DNA of 64,000 nt from Lama guanicoe (lineage: Eukaryota): NCBI GenBank assembly GCA_013239625.1, contig MU053594.1, positions 460,355 through 524,354 of the forward strand. The letters are read 5' to 3'. The notes under the pieces were generated by a model. The model was not told the origin of the DNA. It worked only from the letters and a program-made list of their open reading frames with translations, and did no database searches. A program made the position numbers and the translations under genes. This document shows positions 1 to 13,989 of this stretch, piece by piece. Numbering within the stretch: the first letter of the stretch is position 1; every line of letters begins with the position of its first letter.

Positions 1-235
1 GGGGGGTAAGCTGTGTGGATATCCGGGTGCAGACAGAGCGACCAGCCCTTGCAAAGCCCTAAGGTGGGAGGGATGTGCCTGGTGAAGGAGCAGTAGAGAG
101 TGAGGGCGAGAGGAGGAGGAAAGGAGGGTAGAGATGTAACAGGAGAGGAGGGGGCAAGGTTGTGCAGGCCATTATAGTGATTTTGGTGTTTTTTTTTTAA
201 CTCTGAGTCAAATGGGAAATCTTTAGTGGCTTCAG
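1..235 (-). mobile_element. L2 LINE fragment
   Basis: Purine-rich antisense L2 pattern (ttgcaaagccctaaggtgggag...actctgagtcaaatgggaaatc). Confidence 0.55.
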
Positions 236-1269
236 TTTTTTTTTTAAAAAGAATATGTATATAAAAGAGAAAGTAGTGTGGGGAGCCCCTAGGTACCCAC
301 CACCCATCTTCAGCAATTGTGAGGATACAGCCAGTCTTGTTTCATTGGTACCCCTCCTCTCCCCGCCCTCCCCGTTGCTCCCACAAACACACGCTCAATT
401 GTTGAAGCAGATGACATATGATTTTCAACCCAGGGCTCATTCCTGTGAAAAGTCTGAATTTTGTGTCTTGTGGGGCTTTCTCTTTTTGCATCTTTCTTTC
501 GGCCCTTGTCATCCCCCCTCTCCTCTGCCCGCAGGGGTTGTCTTCTAGCTGCCTGCCTCCTCCCCTTTCCCCCCAACCTCAGCTCTCTACTCAGGCTCAC
601 CCTGCAACCGCCCCACTCCCATTCCCTGAACACAGGGTGTTAAATCACAAATGCCTCAAGTGCAGTTGACGGCTGACCTGCCACCACTTCCCCTTTGTTT
701 CCTTCTTCCCTCTGCCCAGCGCTTGCTCCAGCCACCCTGACCCCATCGTTTCTGAGTGTTCAGAAGGTGCCCAGAGAAGACTCCTCTTACTGATTATTTC
801 ATCAGAGAGGAGACCTCCTATCCGCTTAGAACCAGATTCTCCCGGGTTCCTTTCCCAGAGACTCCCAGGAGACACGGTGACCAAGCTCTAACTAGTGGGT
901 CCTAGGACTGGGTGTTGGCGGGAGTCTGGGACTGGCTTGGTTCAAGGCAGTGCAGCTAACTCCCTTCCCTAAGGTCTGTCTGGGGGCAGTGGCGTCAGGA
1001 GTGGAACTGGCTTCTGTCTCCCATTCCCACTCTCTGACTTTAGAAATGCTGCCTTAAAAGAATACAAATTGTTTTCATGTGCATGACGGGCTCCATATAT
1101 GCTTGATTAATTACCATGTGGTAAAATACAAATTATGCACAACATTAAATGTGTCAGATTAACTGTTAGAAATTTCATTTAATTTCCATACTAAGCTCTC
1201 TTCCTAAATGCACAGTCTAAATAGTTTGCCGTATCTGTATCTACATTATTATTGCTTAAAACTAAAAAA

Positions 1270-1650
1270 ATTAGGACTTCTTGCTCACCAGCTATTTAGT
1301 AGTCTTTTGTAGAATTAACTTTAATCACAGTGGTCTAAAGTAGCTGTAGGTCTTTTGCCCCTTTTTGGAAAACTGGGACACTTGCTCATTGCAAGGGCTA
1401 AGTAACCTGGTTTTGTGATTACATCTGAAGGTTCTCTTAAGTCCCATGGGGTAGGATTCATCTGAGTCTAGAACTGTGAACTCATTTAAAACCCAGGTTT
1501 TCTTTCTCTATCTTTTCACCTATCTCAGGCTTCATTTTCCTCTCAGATATGTTGGTTCTAGCCTTTCCAGGTGGAAGATAATGCTCCCTGATAGGAACAT
1601 GGAAGCAAAGTAGGGTCTGAGTTGTTCGGTTTTCTCTGTGTCACTTTAAA
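1270..1650 (-). mobile_element. CR1/L3 LINE fragment
   Basis: gattcatctgagtctagaactgtgaactcatttaaa...tggaagcaaagtagggtctgagttgttc resembles antisense L3 ORF2; apparently continues at ~2420-2900. Confidence 0.55.
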
Positions 1651-2091
1651 AAATTAAACTCCACAGGATTTAAAGACTGAATTTTTATCACAGATCTAAA
1701 TGTTAACAGAACATCCTAAAAAAAGGTGTTTAACACTCAGTGTTTTCCTGATTATAAAGGTAACACACGCTCATGCCAGACAGTCTGCAACATTCTGTGT
1801 GTCATTTTTTTCAACATCACATTATCAGCTCCAAGTATAGCCCAACTCTTTTTCTTCCTTTTCTTTCACTGACCATACTCCCTCCCTGTCCCCTCAAATT
1901 CCTTGAAATAATATTTTTTCAAAACTTCAGCATATTCTGGGCTTTGATCTTCCCCACGCTATATTTTCATGTTTTTGTTATTGTTGCAGCCACACTCCTG
2001 CTTTTTATTGTATTATCCTATTGACTATATGGTCAGATTTTTGGTTTTGCACGATCCACCTCCTCTTTCATTCATAGTATGATGTCTTTCT

Positions 2092-2399
2092 TTTTACTTT
2101 TTGTTTGATTTATTATAGTTGATTAACAACATTGTGTTAGTTTCAGGTGCATAGCTTCAGATTCTTTTCCATTACAGGTTATTGCAAGATATTGGATATA
2201 GTTCCACGTGTTTTACAGTAAATCCTTGTTGTTTATCTATCTTACATATAATGGTGTGTATCTATTAATCCCAAACTCCTAATTTATCCCTCCCTTCCCC
2301 TTCCCCCTTTGGTAACCATGTTTGTTTTCTATGTCTGTGAGAATGTTTTGTAAATAAGTGGATTTGTACTATTTTTTTAGATTCCACATGTTAGTGATA
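2092..2399 (-). mobile_element. 5'-truncated L1 3' end with TSD
   Basis: T-rich tail plus L1 3'UTR (cagattcttttccattacagg...atagttcc); TSD tatgat(g/a)tctttct at 2078-2091 and 2400-2413. Confidence 0.85.
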
Positions 2400-2419
2400 T
2401 ATGATATCTTTCTCTTAAA

Positions 2420-2900
2420 GTCTATGGACATGAGATTATTTCTGGCACTTTTCTGTGCTCTTTGAGATATGCTTTCCTGTGCCTAGGTCAAATCATTTCT
2501 TCCTCACCTGCTGTGAAATTTGCAGCTGTTTCCTAACTGATGTTTTGGGTAAAAAGTTCCCCTCTTTGCTTCTTTGGCTTTCTGAAAAGCAATTATTAGC
2601 AAGGCAATTAAAAAACATACTGGACATTCTGGTTTTTAGCAGAGTGGGATCTCTAGCAGACTGATGGAAAGCTGAAACCCCCTGTATCCCTGTGTCAACA
2701 TCTTGTTCATTTGGAAAACGTATCGGCCCCCTCTTGCATCCGGCTGGGTGGTGCTGCAGTACGTGCACACGGCAGATTTATTTCTAATTTTCTGTTTCTC
2801 TTTACCCCAAATGCCTGGTTGTTTAATGTTCATTTTATTAACCTATGAGAATTTAACTTGGGGTTCCCTGAGAACTCAATACAATCAACTTTCTGGTTTT
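2420..2900 (-). mobile_element. CR1/L3 LINE fragment (continuation)
   Basis: tttagcagagtgggatctctagcagactgatggaaagctgaaacc resembles antisense L3. Confidence 0.45.
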
Positions 2901-3339
2901 TGTCTTTTGCTAATTTCTACCAGCAAAGCAATAGGAAAGAAAGTGTAGTTTCCGTTAGAGGAGGACATGGACCCATATGACAGCTAATTTTTTTTTATAG
3001 AGTCACGGTCTTGTTAAGAAAGTAATATTATTATTCCATGAAACAAAGACATAAAAACCTTTTTTATTTGCGTTGAAGTATATTTCCCCTTGGAGTTTGC
3101 TTCACAGTAGAAGGAAAGGGTCCTGAGAAGCCTCTTGTCTCAGTTCTCTGTTTTTTTGCTTTGCTTTTCTTGGGAAAGGTTAGGAGGAGTTGTGGTGAGT
3201 ATGTGGGGATGAGGAGGGAAGGCAAGGAAGAGCAGAAGTGACCTAGTTCTGGCCCCTTGGCAGACCTTCGCAGCGGCCAGCTGGTCTGCCCGGACTTGGG
3301 TAAGAGGAAGGTGGGGTGGCAGGCGCAGGGGTGACGTGC

Positions 3340-3570
3340 CAGCACGGGCTGTGAAGTCACACTGACCTGGGTTTCGCACCCAAGTCCTTATTTACTTGGT
3401 TCTGAGACCTTGGCCAAGTTATTTATTCTCTCTCCAACTCAGAACCTTCATTTGTAAAATGGGGGTAGCAAGATGACTGCCCTCATGGGGCCGCTAAGAA
3501 GATGCAAAAAGATAATCTGTGTCAAACGCATAGCAGAGTGCCCGACACAGTGATCACAGACACGTTAGCT
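3340..3570 (+). mobile_element. MIR SINE
   Basis: MIR core: gaccttggccaagttatttattctctc...ttcatttgtaaaatgggg. Confidence 0.8.
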
Positions 3571-4729
3571 CTAGTGTTTCGCATTTTGAGCTCAATGCAC
3601 TCAGTTTAGCGTTTAATTATGGAGGCAGTTCTCCAACCAAATAGGAACTCTTTGAGGGCAGGAATGGTGTCTAATGCTTTTCTTGATATGGAGCTGGGCA
3701 GTAAAAGCTTAATAAACAACCATGATTAATTTGAGGTCAGCCCCACACGATGTGGCAACATGGCCCAAATAAAGAGAAAAACGGGGCACCTTTGTGGTGT
3801 GAACTGGAGTGTCCTTGGAAGTAGAGGGAAGTGCCAGGAGACCTCCAACATGGGAAGGATTTGGTTTTGGGTCCAGCAGCGCTCCTGCCCTTGGCCGTGT
3901 GTGGATCTTTGTATTTATGTATATGTATCAAAGCCTGTTTGTTTCGAATTTGGACCACCTGGAGGCACCAATTACCTCCAGTTCTTGTTACCAGGACTTC
4001 TCAGCACTAACCGAAGCCCTGACAATGTCCCTGAAACACCGCCAAGTTCTACAAGGCTTCCAAACCAGTAAAGATCCAGCCAGCCCAGTGCACTTGGAAT
4101 TTAGAATATTTGATTTACATTCTAATTCTTTAGAAGTCAGTCTTCAGCTCTGATAGAGTGATTTTTAAGTAGAATAAACAGTTAACCAAAACAGCCAATT
4201 TCCCAAGGAATCTAGAGCTTTATTATGTGTCCTTATTATTCCTGTTACTGGAAGTGGTTTCCATTTGGGTTTATTATGATGATTATTATTTAGGAGTGGA
4301 GGTGGGAGGGTTTAAGTAACAAGTATTTGTTTTTTAAGCCAGGCAACAAAAAAGAGCAAATAAAGGTATATATATATTTTTTCTCAAAGTCTATATAGGG
4401 CTCTCTCCAGGAGTGAGCTGGAGAGTGAAGCGGCGGGAGGAAGGCCCTGGGCGCCGCTAAATGAACTCTCTCCTCCCGGCCCAAGTCCGGCAGGAGAAAT
4501 GAAGGCGGGGGCCTTCTGCGCATAAAGCTGAGGTCTCCAGACAGAGAGGGAGAGAGAGCAAATGTGTGATAAATGCGATGGGGCAGAAAGAACTGAGAGG
4601 GGCAGCATTCGTCATAACGTTCACAGAGCCCCGCAGAGGGCGTGCTGCTATCCGGCCGTGGTGCACTTTGTAGTTGTTTTACAAAAAGCGCCTCGTACCC
4701 GTTCTCATCAGTGTTTGGTAGGTGGTCAG

Positions 4730-4970
4730 AATTTATGCTGGTGACTGTGCCTAGTTGCTGAGGGGCCATGTGTGACCCGGATCTGTATAAGCCAAAGACT
4801 ATACTTTTAATCCTAAGAACACTCCTTTGACGAAGCTGTTACTATCCCGATTTTACAGATGAGCATTCAAGGCACAGAGAGGTTGAGTGCCTTGCCCAAG
4901 GACACACAGCGGGTAATACAAAGTCAGGGTTGCAGCCCAGGTTAGTTTGATTCCTGAAGCTGGTGCTCTT
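4730..4970 (-). mobile_element. MIR SINE
   Basis: attttacagatgag...aggcacagagaggttgagtgccttgcccaagg. Confidence 0.8.
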
Positions 4971-5035
4971 TTCATGTGTTCTCAGGACAATTCTTTCTCA
5001 CCCAGGGGTCTTTCTGGCTCTTGTGTGTCCCCAGA

Positions 5036-5461
5036 TGTATTAGCTGGCGAGGGCTGCTGAAACGGAGCACCAGAAGTCGGGGCGCTTGAACAGCAGAAAT
5101 GCGTCACCCCAGTTCTGGAGGCTAGAAGTCCAAAATCAATGTGTTGGCAGAGCTGGTGCCTTTCGAGGGCTGTGAGGGAAGGACCTGTTCCGGGTCTGTG
5201 TCCTTGGCCATCTCTCTGTGTCTCTTCATATTGTCTTCCCTCTGTGTGTGTCTCTCTGTCCACATTCCCCCCCCCCAAGGATAATCCAGTCACACTGGAT
5301 CAGGTCCCATCCTAATGACCTCATTTTAACTTGGTTACCTCTGCAAAGACACTGTCTCCAAATAAGGTCACATTCTGAAGCACTGGAGTTAGGATTTTAA
5401 CATATGACTTTTGGGGCGCAGGGGTGGGGATGGGGGGCGGCATTTAATTCAACCCATAACA
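5036..5461 (-). mobile_element. MLT1 (MaLR) solo LTR, MLT1C-like
   Basis: TG...CA ends; cagttctggaggctagaagtcc; 5-bp TSD ccaga/tcaga. Confidence 0.88.
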
Positions 5462-7329
5462 TCAGATAAATAAGTCTCCTACAGGTCACACTCCCGCAGC
5501 TGTGCTTCTCATGCCTTGTTCACTTTTCCTGCTTCCTCTTATCGTCTTTGACCCTTTTGTTCAATCTGTTAACCAACAGCCATGGACACAGACACCTTTC
5601 AAGTAGGCCTGCTCGCTGGAGTGAGCTGCAGGTCAGTAAAGCATTCAGTGGGCTCTAATTTAATTAGCCAGCTCACTGGGACAGCTGCTTCGTGGTTCAC
5701 AGACTGGCCGAGACCGGAGAGGAGGCTGACAGCTCACTGCTGGCTCCTGGCATCCCTGAGGCAGCCCCAGGCCCAGGAAGTTTGCACCTGTTCCGGCAGG
5801 AAAAGCGAGGGAAGCTGAACTGGCATTTGGAGTTTCCTTCTCTGGATGTGCCTTTTAACATTAAATGGGAACCACTTAAAAGCCAAGGCCCTGCAGTTTC
5901 ACCCACCTCTATCCTCATCTTGTCACATAGCAAGTCAGTTCTCTCCCCTAATTTAAAAGGTCCTGAAAATCCCCTTCAACTGGATTTGTCAGCTGCATCC
6001 ACCCCACTTGTCCAAGCTGCCCTCGTTCCTCAAGCCCCTCCCTCTCTCTCCCACCTAAACCCCAGCCCTAGACCCTCCTCTCACTCCAAGGGCACGGATG
6101 CTGTCAGTCTGTCTCTGGTCTCCCCAGGTCTGTGGTGGGGGCAGCTGTGGAGATGGGGAGAGAGCTCCGGATTTAAAGTCAGAAGATGGGGAGTTTCCTT
6201 TTGCCTCGGTCACCTGGCCCACCGGTGTGAACCCGGGCAAACTACCGTCCCCTCTGCTCTCCGTGTGGTCACCGATCAAAACCCCCGACTAGCTTACCTC
6301 TCAGGTTGGTCACAGAAACAGAATAAACTTCAGAGGAGCTGTCCCCACACAAGATGGTGTGAAAAGGAAGAAAACTCTAATTTTGCTTGTGTTGTATTCA
6401 GCGGATGACAGCTCTCCTGGGGCCATTTTGCTGTCTCCGTTCCACACGTGCATCTGGGTTGGACTGCTGATTCCAAGAGAGCAGAGAACTTTGCCCCGTG
6501 CCCACCCTCCCTGTATGCAATCAGGCATTGATGAGCTTTGGATAATTGATGAAAGCCATTCTTGGAGAAGAAACAAAGATCAGTGAGTGACAAAGTAGGT
6601 ATCAAAGAAAGCTGCACATGGAGAGAGTGACTTATTTTCTCCGTGACAGGGTTTTATAGTCGTGTCAGTCATTAAACATTGATTTAAACTGTTGGACAGC
6701 GCTCGCTGACCTGGAGCAGATGTTTGGGAAAGTACTTGTGATCAACCACAGGACTGATACTTTTTGCTACTCCTTCGTGTCTTCACCAAAGCAGATGAAA
6801 AATGCCCTTTGTGTCCAAGAGTGACACCACTGACTCGCCCTGTGGGGAATTCTTCTCACACTCTGTAGTCGACTGAGTATCTCATAAGTTTCAGTCTTCA
6901 GCTAGAAATTCGAAAGACTCCCAAAGTAAATGGCTTTCAGACAAAGTTAAAAAGAAAAGTGGTTGCTTAACAAAATAAGCAATTTGGGGAGGCCACTTTT
7001 ATTTATAGCATGTAAATCAGAAACTTGTTATTTTATGTCTGAACTTGAGAAGTCATCCAGAAACAATGGGTGGTTCTCTATAGGTTTAGAAATCATTTCC
7101 TAGAATACTTGAACTGAATATTTGAACAAGGGTGGCCTTGTTTCCTTTTCCCCCTGGGAATGCAGTCTCTCCTGTCCCTCCCACTCTTCCCGGCTGCCTC
7201 AGTGGCAGATGCGGGCAGAGGTCCCGGCAGGGACAGATGGGGCTAGGATGTGCTGGCTCCTGGGCAAGGCGCTAGGAATAACTACATTTATACAAAAAAA
7301 GAAGCTGCTAGTTCCGGGTTTGGGGGATT

Positions 7330-9450
7330 AGAGAAGGAGGTGGTGGTGGCGTGGCAGTTGAGCTGTATCTTGAAGCATCAGCAGTTTTCTAGTTAGGAAA
7401 ACGTGAGGGAAGCACACAGCCTGAGCAGCGGCTTGCGGGTGGGAGTGGAGGCCTATTTGAGGAATACTGTAGGACCTTGATTGTACTTGGAATATGGGGT
7501 CCAGGGAAGGAAGGATGCAATGAAACATGAGGCCAGAAAGATTAGCTTGAGATTGGATCATGAAAGGCACTGAACAATTAGCCTGAAGAATTTGAATTTG
7601 ATCCTAAGGGTGATGGGGGGTCAGTGGAGGCTTCTATGAGAAGTAGAGGGGCCTGGGCTGACCTTTGTTTAGGAAAGAAACCTGGTAGCCCTGTGGAGGA
7701 TGGAGGGGGAAAGGAGGGAGGCAGAGAGATTGCTCAGAAGGCACGGGATGGGAGGAGTCTGAACTAAGGCAGCGGGGCGGAACTTCCCTGCCTGGGCAGG
7801 GTGATGAAGGGGAGGAAAGGAAACTGGCAACCACTCGTGTCGATGGATTGATTCAACAAAACTTTACTGAGCACGTACCAGACCCTGTGTGCAGCTGAAA
7901 GGACAAAGATGAAGAGGGCAGGGTCTCCTCTGTGAGGCCTTACCACCAACTAGTCCTCACCGTGTCACACATGTGTGTGACACGTGTGTGTGTGGCACGT
8001 GCGCTGTTACAGGGAGCTGTCGAGTGAGGGGACTGCCGGGGCTGCTGGGAAGGTAGAGGCACATTTAACCTGGGTCTTAAAGATGGTAGCAAGCTGATCA
8101 CGTCCCCGGGCTGCTTTATAAAAATGATTGCCGTTGCTCTGAGGAAAAGTACCCATCTTTACCTCGGCTCTGAAGCTTCTGCCTAATCTGGCTCAACCAT
8201 CGCTCCGGCCCCTGCTCCTCTCATCTTCCTCTCCAGCGTCTTCCAGTCCCTTGGGAGCACCCCTACTCTCTCCTGCCACCGGCAATCTGCGTGTTGCCTT
8301 TGCTTGGAGCATTCTCGCCCCTCCCAGATCCCTGCTGAATCGCCCCTCCCTTGGAGAAGTTTTTACGGAGTCTTCAGACTCAGCTGTATGTCTGTTACCT
8401 GCTCTCATCAGTCCCCTGGGCCCCTCACAGCACGTCTGCAGAGCTATAAACGTGCACCTTCTGTGCTCCTTTGATTCATGTGTGTCTCCTCCCACTAACC
8501 GGTAAGCTCTTTAGGGCGGGGAGTGTGCCTTGTAGTGCTTAGCGTTGTCTCTTTTGGGGTTTGCACAGTGCCTGGCACAGAGTACATCCTCAATAAATCT
8601 AATTGGCTGACTGATGGGCTGAAATGATTAGTAAAAGGGGGAAAGGCATTTCAGGAATAGGGAATAGCATGAACATGGGTGCTGGGGTTAGTCTAGGAAC
8701 AACTACTGAGTGGCTTAGGGGAGGAGGGTTAGAGGGAGGGAAAAAGATGAGGCCAGAAAAGTACGCTGGGCAAACTTGGAAAGAACTGTCTGTGCCCTGC
8801 TAAGGACGCCCTGGGTGCAACCTAGATGCTCCCCTCACACCCATCACACCCTGTTTCTCCCCCATCAGACACTGCGCTCTAATTGCTGGCGTGACCAAGC
8901 TAGACTATAGGCTCCTTGAGAGAGGAGCTCTGCCTGTTGTTCATTAATGTAACTCCAGAATCTAGAACAGGGCCTGGCCCTTGGTAGGAACCAACAAACA
9001 CTTGCTGAATGAAAGAAAGAGTAAATGAATGAATGCTTTTATCGTGGGAGCTCTGGGGAGCCATGGAAGGGTTTTTAATCTATTTAGATTTGCTCTGGGA
9101 AATGTCCCTTTGGCAGCACGGTACCAAAAAGAGGGGTCCATTCTCACTTATTTTATCCTTCTGTATTGATAGCTGAGCATCTGGGTTTGCTTAAAAGGAA
9201 TAAGGGTACAGACTGATTAGAATGGAAGAGATTGGAGGCAGGAGATCGATGGGGTGGTTGTTGCAATAATTCTAGGGGAGATGCTGGTGGATGGTCAGGG
9301 TGGTGGCTGCAAGGGTTGGAAGAGGGGGCAGATTTAAGAGATGACCAATCGGAATGACTGATGGAAGGTGAGAAGTTAGGAGCAGGCAAAGATGACCCCA
9401 GGATAGCCTGTGGGGTCTTGGTGGGGAAAGAGGAGAGTAGTGAAGGGGAA
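7330..9450. mobile_element. Cluster of L2 fragments in both orientations
   Basis: L2 3' ends (gcacagtgcctggcacagagtacatcctcaataaat at ~8570; cttgctgaatgaaag at ~9000) and antisense purine-rich L2 body (7330-7730, 9040-9450). Confidence 0.65.
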
Positions 9451-10149
9451 AGACTGAGTTGGAGTCCCCTCCAGACCCTTCAGGACCCTCCTGAGGGGCT
9501 GCCCTCCACACTGGCCACCATTCTAGACTTTGGTCAGAGTAACAAGACAGAAGAGAGTGCTCTGAGACAATATGCAGCTGATCATCACATGAGACCACAT
9601 GGATTTCTTTTCCTTCCTTCTTTTCCTTTATCCATTTCTTTGTATTCAAAGCAAGCAGCATGGCAGCAGATGCTTGGAGTTTCTTCCCTGCCTATCGATA
9701 TGCAGTAATGTTTGGAATAAGTTGATTGGATCTAGCGTTTTCCCAGTTCTCACTCATTAAAGCTTCTCTCATTAGACATAGGAGTCATTCATTTCTTCAT
9801 CGAGAAAACCACATTCCAGAGGGCTGGATGGAAAGGGTTTGAGGTTGGGCTTCATTAGGCTGTGGGCTGCCAGTAGAATGTCTTGTGGCTTGAACTAACC
9901 TCAGTGAGATGATACAAACCCAACTTGAAGGAGGCGAGGACTGTTTGAGGGGATCTGGAGGTGCTGTAGATGCAGGTGGACCACGCCACAGAGAGGAACT
10001 GGATGAGGGTGGGGGATGCGTTGCTGATAGATGAAACCGAAGAGGGGAACAGGATGGAACTGAGAGAGACGCACAGAGCTGCCCAGAATTTCCAGCCTGC
10101 ATCTTATGCCATGCATGCTTTCATCACCTCCACCTGGAGCACCAACATT

Positions 10150-10380
10150 TCCCCCTCCAGAGGATGAAGAGGGAGTGATTATGGTGGCTGGCTAAGTAAG
10201 CCTGAAATCCGTAGGGAAGGCAGTCAGGAAGAGAAGATCCCGTGTGAGCTTAAATCCACAAACAAGAGCTGAAGCTGTCATCCACTGGCAAATACGAAGG
10301 GGAGGTGATGATCAGGACAGAACTCCATAGGCACCGGCCAGAGGTATGGTCCACAGGTGGAATTTCTTCTCTCCAGAGCT
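10150..10380 (-). mobile_element. Old ERVL LTR fragment (MLT2E/F-like)
   Basis: ggtggctggctaagtaagcctgaaatccgtagggaaggcagtcaggaag...ccacaggtggaatttcttctc. Confidence 0.45.
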
Positions 10381-10914
10381 GCCTGTTCAGCCACTAATAC
10401 ATGGCTTGTGGGGTGTGTGTGGAAATGGGGGAGACCCTGGTCTGGATGGCAGGAAACCTGGGCTTGGATGGCCTCCAGTGTCCTGTGGCAAATTCACCTT
10501 TCAGAGCCTCAGTTTTCTTGTCTGATAGGAGAGATGGTAGATTCAATGATCTCTTTAAAAAAAATTTCCAAGTCTGAGAATTCTATATAACTTGCACTTG
10601 GGTATTTCCATTTGGGGGTGGAGGAGAAAGAACAGTGTTATCTGTCTGGAGGAGCCAGGGCCCAGCTGAAGGACAGTTGCAAAAGGCTCTTACTGTTTTT
10701 GAAGGAGAAGAGAAAGCCAGAATTTCAAGGCTCATGAATCGAGGCTCATCCACAGAGGTGTCCTAGGGAGTCAGGGAGTTGTTGGTGGCGAGGGGGCTGG
10801 GGAGCAGGGCCAGGACTAGGATGAGGCTACATCTGAATCACTGGGATTACAATACAGAGGGGCGCTGTTTCAGTTGGCTTCACATAGGGCACCCCCTGGG
10901 GCACACAGTTTAAG

Positions 10915-12400
10915 AAGGCATCCCTTTTCTCCACATCCTTGCCAACACTTGTTCTCTCTTGTCTTTTTGATGACTGCCATTCTAACAGGTGTAAGGTGAC
11001 ATCCTATTGTGGTTTTGATTTGCATTTCCCTGATGATTAGTGATATTGAACATCTTTTTATGTACCTGTTGGCCATCTGTATGTCTTCTTTGGAAAAATG
11101 TCTATTCAGCCCTTCTGCTCATTTTAAAATCAGATTTTGTTTTTCAATTGAGTTGTATAAGTTCTTTATATATTTTGCATATTAACCCCTTATCAAATTA
11201 ATGATTTGCAAACATTTTCTCCCATATGTTCCATGTGTTGCCTTTTCATTTTATTGATGATTTCTTTTGCTGTTCAGAGCTTTTTAATTTTATGTAGTCC
11301 CACTTGTTTATTTTGCTTTTGGTGTCAAATCCAAAAAATCATTGCCAAGGCCAGTGTCAAGGAGCTCACTCCCTATGCTTCCTTCCATGAGCTTACAGTT
11401 TCAGGTCTTAAATATAAGTCTTTATTCAATTTTTGAATTGTTCTTTGTGTATGGTGTAAGATGAGGATCCAGTTTCATTCTTTTACATATGGCTGTCCAA
11501 TTTTCCCAACACCATTTATTGAAGAGACTATCCTTTCCCATTGTACATTCTTGCCTCCTTAGTCACAAATTAATTGACCATGGCTTTACGTCTGGGCTCT
11601 CTATTCTGTTCCCCTGGTCTATGTGTCTGTTTTTATGCCAATGCCATACTGTTTTGATTACTATAGCCTCATAATACAGTTTGAAATCAGGTTGCGTGCT
11701 ACCTCCAGCTTTGTTCTTCCTTCTCAAGAATGCTTGGACAATTTGGGGTCTTTTGTGGGTCCATACAAATTTTAGGATGGTTGTTCTATTTCTAAGAAAA
11801 ATGCCATTGGAATTTTGATAAAGATTGCATTGATTCTGTAAATTGCTTTGGATAGTATGGACATTTTAACAACGTTAATTCTTCCAATTCATGAGCACAA
11901 AATATCTTTCCTTTTACTTGTGTCTCCTTCAATTTCTTTTAACAATATCTTATAGTTTTCAGTGTACAAGACTTTCACCTTCTTGGTTAAATTTATTTCC
12001 ACATATTTTATTCTTTTTGATACAATTATAAATGGTATCACTTTCTTAATTTCTCTTTCTGATAGTTCATTTTTAGTGTATATATAGAAACACAGTAGAT
12101 TTTTGTATATGGATTTTGTATCCTGGAACTTTACTGAATTCATTCGTTCTAACAGTTTTTTTAATGGCGTCTTTAGGGTTTTCTAGATAAAACATCACGT
12201 CATCTGCAAATAGTGACAGTTTTACTTCTTCCTTCCCAATTGGATCCCCCCCACATTTTTTTTCTTGCCTAATTGCTGAAGCCAGGACTTCCAGTGTTGT
12301 GTTGAATAAAAGTGGTGATAGTGGACATCCTTATCTCGTCCCTGATCTGAGAGGAAAATTTCAGCTTCTCACCACTGAGTATGGGTTAGCTGTGGTCTTC
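10915..12400 (-). mobile_element. L1 ORF2 fragment (C-terminal RT/CCHC region), decayed
   Basis: Minus-strand ORFs [35 protein letters not shown] and IKYVEINLTKKVKVLYTENYKILLKEI are L1 ORF2p; frameshifts and stops present. Confidence 0.93.
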
Positions 12401-13799
12401 ATTTTTCTCTCATAAACTCTTCCCATATTGTTATAGGCCTTTGGTTAATTTCTAGAGTTCTAAAAGAGTTGATTCTGACAATTCTTTTTGGTCAGTTTCC
12501 TCACTTCTATGGAGGAGAGAATTTCCAGGGTCTTTGCCATTTTCACCAGCATCATCTGTGCTATATTTGAAATGCCTTTCTATGTAATTGTCTTCTTAGT
12601 TATCAAAATTCAGCTCAAATGTCTTCTCCATTGTGGATCCTTCCCTGCGTCCTCTGGGCAAAGGAGTCAGCCACTTTTTTATTCTCCTGTACCTCTGTGT
12701 TCATGCCTCTGTGATTTCACTTTTCGCAAACCGCAGACATTTATACCCGTTCCTGTCTCTCCTCCCAGCCTACAAGCTCCTAGCCTGTGTCTCATTCATT
12801 CCCCATGCCCGGGTTAGTTCCTGACACACGGTGAGTCTTCACATCTGTAGGCTGGAGAGTATTGTCCGAGGACAACTCAGAGCCCAGCCAAGGGATTCTC
12901 AGCTCTTGCCACCGTGTCTGAGTATATGAGGGAAATAGGGAGCAAAAAGTAAAAATAAAGCCTGTGTGGGTGAGGTTCAACAGTAATAATAATAGCAGTT
13001 AGTTTTTACTAAATAATAAAAATAATAATTACAATAGCAGCTAACATTTACTGAATAAAATACCAGGCCAAGAGCTTTATATTCAATAGCTTATTTAACT
13101 CCAGCTTCAGCCCTAAGAGACAGGTACTATTATCCTAACTTTACAGGTGAGGCTGAGGAAGGGAGGTAGCGGAACTGGGGTTGCATGAAGGCCCGACTCT
13201 ATAAAGCTCAGTTCTTAACTGCCCCATCTGAGGGGTCTCGGAGAGGCATGTGGAGGAGGGGGAGCCACGCCAGCCTTCCCCTTCCCGGGGATCTGTCTGC
13301 CTCTTTGACTAAAGGACTGTGGCTCCCAGGTGTGTTTGGCCCATCCTGGCCTCAGCTGGGCCCCTTGTGCTCCGAAGCTCCTGCAGTCACTGGCCCCCAG
13401 GGCAGCTGGGCCGAGAGGCCCCACTTCCCTCCATTGGGGTGACAGGTGCAGCCCTGAGAAGAGAGGTGACAGTGATCCCTCATCATCGTCCCAGTTCCAG
13501 CCTGATGACAGCCCCAGACTGCTGGGAAAGCCAACCCACGCAGAGGCGAGACACAATCCCGAGGGCTCAGAAACATTTCAGCAAATGCTAATATCAGTCT
13601 CTCAAATCCAGCCCTGTCAGCAGGAAGGGGGGACTGTGTTCGCATGCATGGGGCACACTTTTTGGCCCAAGGGACCTGGTTGCTAAGCAGCAGTAGCTGG
13701 CCTCCCCTCCTCCCTGTAACCTTTTTCTCTGCTTCTAAGCTTCCAGTTAGCAAACGGGAGGGTCGCCTTTCCTGCAACAAGAGATCTATTCATGGTTTC

Positions 13800-13989
13800 T
13801 GAGCAGAGTTCATTGTCTCTCTGGGTGTGTGTGTGTGTAGGGGGGTGATGAAGGGAGGAGCCATGTGTGAACTAGGGAGGCCTCACCCTCCAACCAACTG
13901 GCTGGGATATTTATCAATGCTGATCCAAGACCAGGAGTGGAACGCTGCCCAGCAGACCCTGAGGCTTTACATCACTGCCACTGTCCCCT
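13800..13989 (+). promoter_or_regulatory. TMPRSS5 proximal promoter / 5'UTR
   Basis: TATA-like TATTTAT at 13908-13914, ~80 nt before the ATG; SOX-type CATTGT at 13811-13816; not a CpG island. Confidence 0.5.

Noticed and set aside
5692..6408. Longest ORF in the track (238 aa)
   Set aside because: GTG start, no recognisable domain, runs through L2/MIR-like sequence; expected by chance.
7961..7984. Inverted repeat cgtgtcacaca-tg-tgtgtgacacg
   Set aside because: Arises from adjacent CA/TG microsatellite-like sequence; too short for a miRNA hairpin.
1..13800. ZW10 3' exons expected upstream by synteny
   Set aside because: No sequence or ORF resembling the recalled ZW10 C-terminus; the gene probably ends before the window.
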